From Phoronis australis (Eukaryota; Animalia; Phoronida), in the NCBI GenBank assembly GCA_002633005.1, contig NMRA01000706.1, positions 28,197 to 92,196 of the forward strand: a DNA stretch of 64,000 nucleotides, read 5' to 3'. A model generated the notes under the pieces. It saw nothing but the letters and a program-made list of their open reading frames with translations, searched no databases and was not told the origin of the DNA. How positions within the stretch are numbered: the first letter of the stretch is position 1; every line of letters starts with the position of its first letter. The position numbers and the translations under genes are program-made. This document shows, one piece after another, positions 59,791 to 64,000 of this stretch.

Positions 59791-62700
59791 CTGATCAATC
59801 TTATTCCTCGACTCCCCGGAAGCATACAATGGGTGCAACCGTTGTCGGAGATCCAAACATAGTTTTGTAAAAAAATTAAGTGCTAAATTACCCCTATCAT
59901 TACTTGTATCAGAAAAAATTCAAAACGTATATTTTTGATAAAGTAATGGGACTATGTATTTCCATTCTTTTGTGTGGGTTCAATTCGAGTCATCAGTAAA
60001 TATACGAATTGATGAACACGAAATAGTGTGGCTGAAATAAAAACCGTAGGTCCTTTGACAAAAACACGACGTCTAATAGAATCCCGGGCATCCATAAAGT
60101 TGATTCAGCCTTTTGCTGCTAATGTGCTTATAACATTTTGTTGATAATAGACGATTCCTTATACATGCGACGTGACAATACCGCGCAGACGACGGATGGC
60201 AAAGGGATTTTTCCTGTTTATCGTCGTAGTGTTGACAATTTAAAAATGTCGTGTCTCTAATATTTGCCAGAGCTTCCATTAAATGCTTAGTGGTATACTG
60301 TACGGGTCGGTATACCTGCGTACTTTGGTGGGGCTGCAACAACATTGTTGTGCGTTGTTGTTTAGGACAAAAGGCCTCGTTTTAAGATCAATTTTAAGAA
60401 CGCAAACGTAAAAATGCGTGTGTTCCAAGCACCCATAACCTTTGTAATTAAGACAAAACACCTCTTTTTCAAGCATAATCGCGATTTGGTGCGAGTAGTG
60501 ATTATCAGGCGACAATATTATCACTAGGAAATTTTATGTTGTTCTGGTAAGGGATTCGACCAAGTTTTAATTTATAGTTGAATTGACTTACATGTAATTG
60601 AAGTTTTTGCCTATCAGAATTCTGCAAAACAGTGTACGGGGTAACCGAATTAGTTTTCTCGTTTCAGTCGCTCAAAACAGCAGCACATCGTGCGAAAATA
60701 TTTTCTGAGAACTACTCAGGAAGGTATTACCACCAACAATTCTTTCGTATAAAGGTTTCGAGCAAATTTGGGCAAACTGCTTGAATATTCCAAGAGAGCT
60801 ATTACGAAGTTTAGAAAATACACATGCACTTACAGAACACATTATTCGAAGTCTTAAATTTACAACCTGATACTTTATTATGCACTGCCATTTACTTACA
60901 TTGAAATTTGTATTATAAAATAAAATTTGATACCTGCACTTTTTTAATTCGAAAGATCCCAAAAGACAATTATAATTTCCATGTATTATCTTAAATGGAA
61001 AACCTTAAATTTGTTGACTGAACTGTTGATGGCATTAGGTTTCAAATTTTACTGAAATTGTGTTTTTGTCTCAACGTCCCTTGTCAACTCGAAAGCTCTC
61101 AAGTATGAGTACTTTTTGAAAAAGGTTTGGTGGTCGTCATTTCTCAGCTAGCCAGAACAAGTAGTAAATAAATCTAATATAAGAGTCTGAGTAAAGTAGA
61201 TGGACATGAACGCAGTATTAGTCAGTATTAGTTTTAGAAGCTCATCCCATGCACACGATCGTTTTGGTTTAAATAAGGCTGTACATGCTCGCTGAAACGT
61301 TTGCGTTTTACTAGCACATGCGCTCGCAGCAGAAACGTCAGTAATGTGAACGGTCGCAAGGATCACTTATGCTGAAGGTTCGAAATACCTCGAAACTACT
61401 AGCGTTAACTTTTTAGCCAGAATGCTTAATTCCAAGGACATATACATGTATGCGCATAGGTAAGGTGCCTTTGTACTATCGTCATATCGATCAGTGTATG
61501 GCAGAGCTCAAACGTGTTTTGACCAAAATTTTTCCTTAAAAGCGACCGTCGGCAGCACTCGTTAGCGGCAATAATGACCGCTCAAAAATAGGAGTCATAA
61601 AGACTTATTTGCCACTCGTATCTCCGGATTTGGTCATTTCAGCTTCGAGTTTGTGATTAGATACTTCAATTTCAAAGGCCATGGGTCACCAGGGCGATTC
61701 TCCGGCTCAGCGGTTAGGCGCTCACTCCTCGATTTCCAGGCTCTGCGGAGCTTTACCCCAGCTGGAATGTTTAAGGTTATTTCAAACCCTATTTAGTGAC
61801 CGCCATCTTAATTCATGAATCAAAACCAGTCAATGTCAACTAGTAAAGTATATATATTCTTAAAGAAAAAAGTTCTAAAATTAGAAAAATTATTGCGTTA
61901 TATTTATGTGCCATTATTAATTTTATTACGTTACCACCTTTGTAAGTCAAAATTTCATTTCGAAGTAAGGTACATTCATAGCAAAACATCTCTGCTTCGA
62001 TTTTAACTAAACCTGATTTAAATGAAAATTTCACAATTTATCTCCATAAGAATTTTTAATTACTCATTTAGCCTTGTTTCTATGATAAATTAAGTCGCAA
62101 AACGTAAAGTATTCTTTAAAAAATATCACTCCTATTTGTCTATATAACGGTACGCAAAACCTAGGCGTTTAAAATAAAATGCTGGCATATTTTTAAAATT
62201 AAAGATTAAACATTGGAATGTTTAAGTAAAATTCACTGAGTCGTTTTCGAGAGCTCGTGTTCAAACTAAGTCCATTTGCCGAAGCTGAGAAAACGTGGAA
62301 AACGTCAAGAGTCTTAAAAATCTGACAATCATAATGTTTAGTTAATCGCCGAAAACTTGTTTTTGGTGCATATAACATATACATGACTTAACCATTTTCA
62401 ATATTTTAGCATTCACTCGAAATGCCAACTGAAGTTACAGTGCGCAGTTAACTTAATTATCACTAAAACGTTTCAACTTTGTAAGAGGGGTTTCGTGTAT
62501 CTTGAGTCAACCAGGGGAGTCTGGCCGTAAGTAGGCCAACAGTTCATTGTGTACAGGCCACTCGCCGGGGAGAATGGTATCAAGAAACCATGCATGAACG
62601 AAATAAACAATAGAAATCGTATCGGTGGTTGAAGAGCGCAGTGAACACGAGACTGATCCAGTGAAATGTCAAGTTATAGATAAATTATGAATTTCGGGGA

Positions 62701-63614
62701 GGATTTGTCTTTTTGAACAACTCGTTGTGTTAGTGAAAACAAAGTCACTGAGGCAGTTAAGAGACTTTGGCTCAGTGCATTCCTTCTCAACGGTCGTATG
62801 TATGAAGGATAAAAACTACGTTTTATCTTCGTTTTCTGGGCATCTGTCCATGGTACGTACACCTCGTTTCTCAATACTATGGCGATTCGGTGAATGAAAA
62901 GACTGAAGGTGCTTACATAACTGCTCTATCCTTTTAACCAGGAGATTTGATTTGATTGACAGTCCTGTAACCTTTGACCTCGGATAAGTAATAATCAAAT
63001 ATATTATTTCCACCCTGTTAAAATTTGTTGCGCTAAATATACTTTTTCTCTCTGCGTGGTAAACATTTCATATTTGAAGTTCCTCGAGAAATAAAATATG
63101 GTGTTTTGCTAGTCACATTTGAAATATTGTAAGAGCTGTCAAATTTGTGAATATGGTTTGAGATATTGTTCAGTGGAAAGTACAGTGTACTAAAGAGTTC
63201 CGAACATGCATTTTTTTAGTTTTTGAAGTTTCAGTTAAATAATGTGAAATGAATATTTTATAATCGAACTAAACAAGCTTTTTTATGCCAAATGATCGCG
63301 ATTTATTTTTAATTTTGAAAATATGTTGTTTCCAAGTTTCCCGCCATATGATGACGTCAATAATCACTTTGAATTAATGAGTCGACAAAGAGCGCTTTTT
63401 GCTCTTAACGTGGATACGTGGCCATTTTTTCGAGCTCGTAATCGCTGATCACGAGATATTGGATTTTGAAGCTGCTTATGTACCCCCTGAGAGCTAATTA
63501 TACATAAAGATGATTTTTTACCAGCTTAATAGAGATAAAGGTAACTTACAGGTGAGTAATGCAATGAGAACTAAAGGAATTAGGTTAAGTCTTGATGATG
63601 TTAGTAGCTACGTA

Positions 63615-63897
63615 GTCAATAAACCAAAACAGGGTTAGAAGTCCGCACATTGAAAGTGTAGAACAAGTAAAAAATATCACACGCGAATTGCACATCAAAT
63701 ATTGACCAGCACACATCGAAATTGCGATCGCGTGAACACATTTATCTGCTGAAACAATATGGTGAATTCAACTGCGAGGAATCAACCCCTCAAAAGCACT
63801 TATTCAGTTAAAGATTCCACTTTTTACTCAATTCGCTTGTCGCTCGGCATTTCCATCTTTGTACATGTAGCATCGTAACCTGCATTCACTTGGCTGA
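63615..63897 (-). repeat. Inverted copy of 57035-57320
   Basis: gaagtccgcacattgaaag, acatcaaatatt, tgaacacatttat. Confidence 0.65.
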
Positions 63898-64000
63898 AAC
63901 ATCTTTCGTTCAGCAGCTTGGCCGTAGAGTAAAGGTTCTTAATATCGCCTTTCACTGCAACCGTTTGTACTTTTGTTCACAAGCACTTGAGTTTATCTGT

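Overview
Eukaryotic (animal, probably marine invertebrate) draft-assembly DNA, AT-rich, with three N-gaps and five single-N scaffold joints. No prokaryotic genes, CRISPR array or rRNA are visible. The scattered minus-strand ORFs of the ORF track join, through phase-consistent splice sites read by eye, into one giant gene spanning about 52594 to 9888: at least 15 exons, about 17.4 kb CDS, about 5,800 aa, with the 3' end unresolved. The first ~390 aa form a divergent polycystin-1 (PKD1/PKD1L/REJ)-type membrane module: signal peptide, short stalk, TM1, PLAT/LH2 domain, TM2, TM3. No REJ/GAIN ectodomain is visible. A ~5,400-aa low-complexity, probably cytoplasmic region follows, encoded by 0.9-6 kb exons that are mostly symmetric phase 1-1. 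It includes a duplicated two-exon module under apparent purifying selection, and AKAP-like and PP1-docking-like motifs. Two single-N artefacts break the largest exon into three false ORFs. Introns and flanks hold Kolobok/THAP transposon remnants (one nested, with an empty-site paralog in the window), a 4.5-kb TIR element with a 4-bp TSD, MITEs, a tRNA-derived SINE and microsatellites. All exon and family calls are manual and lack database or RNA support.
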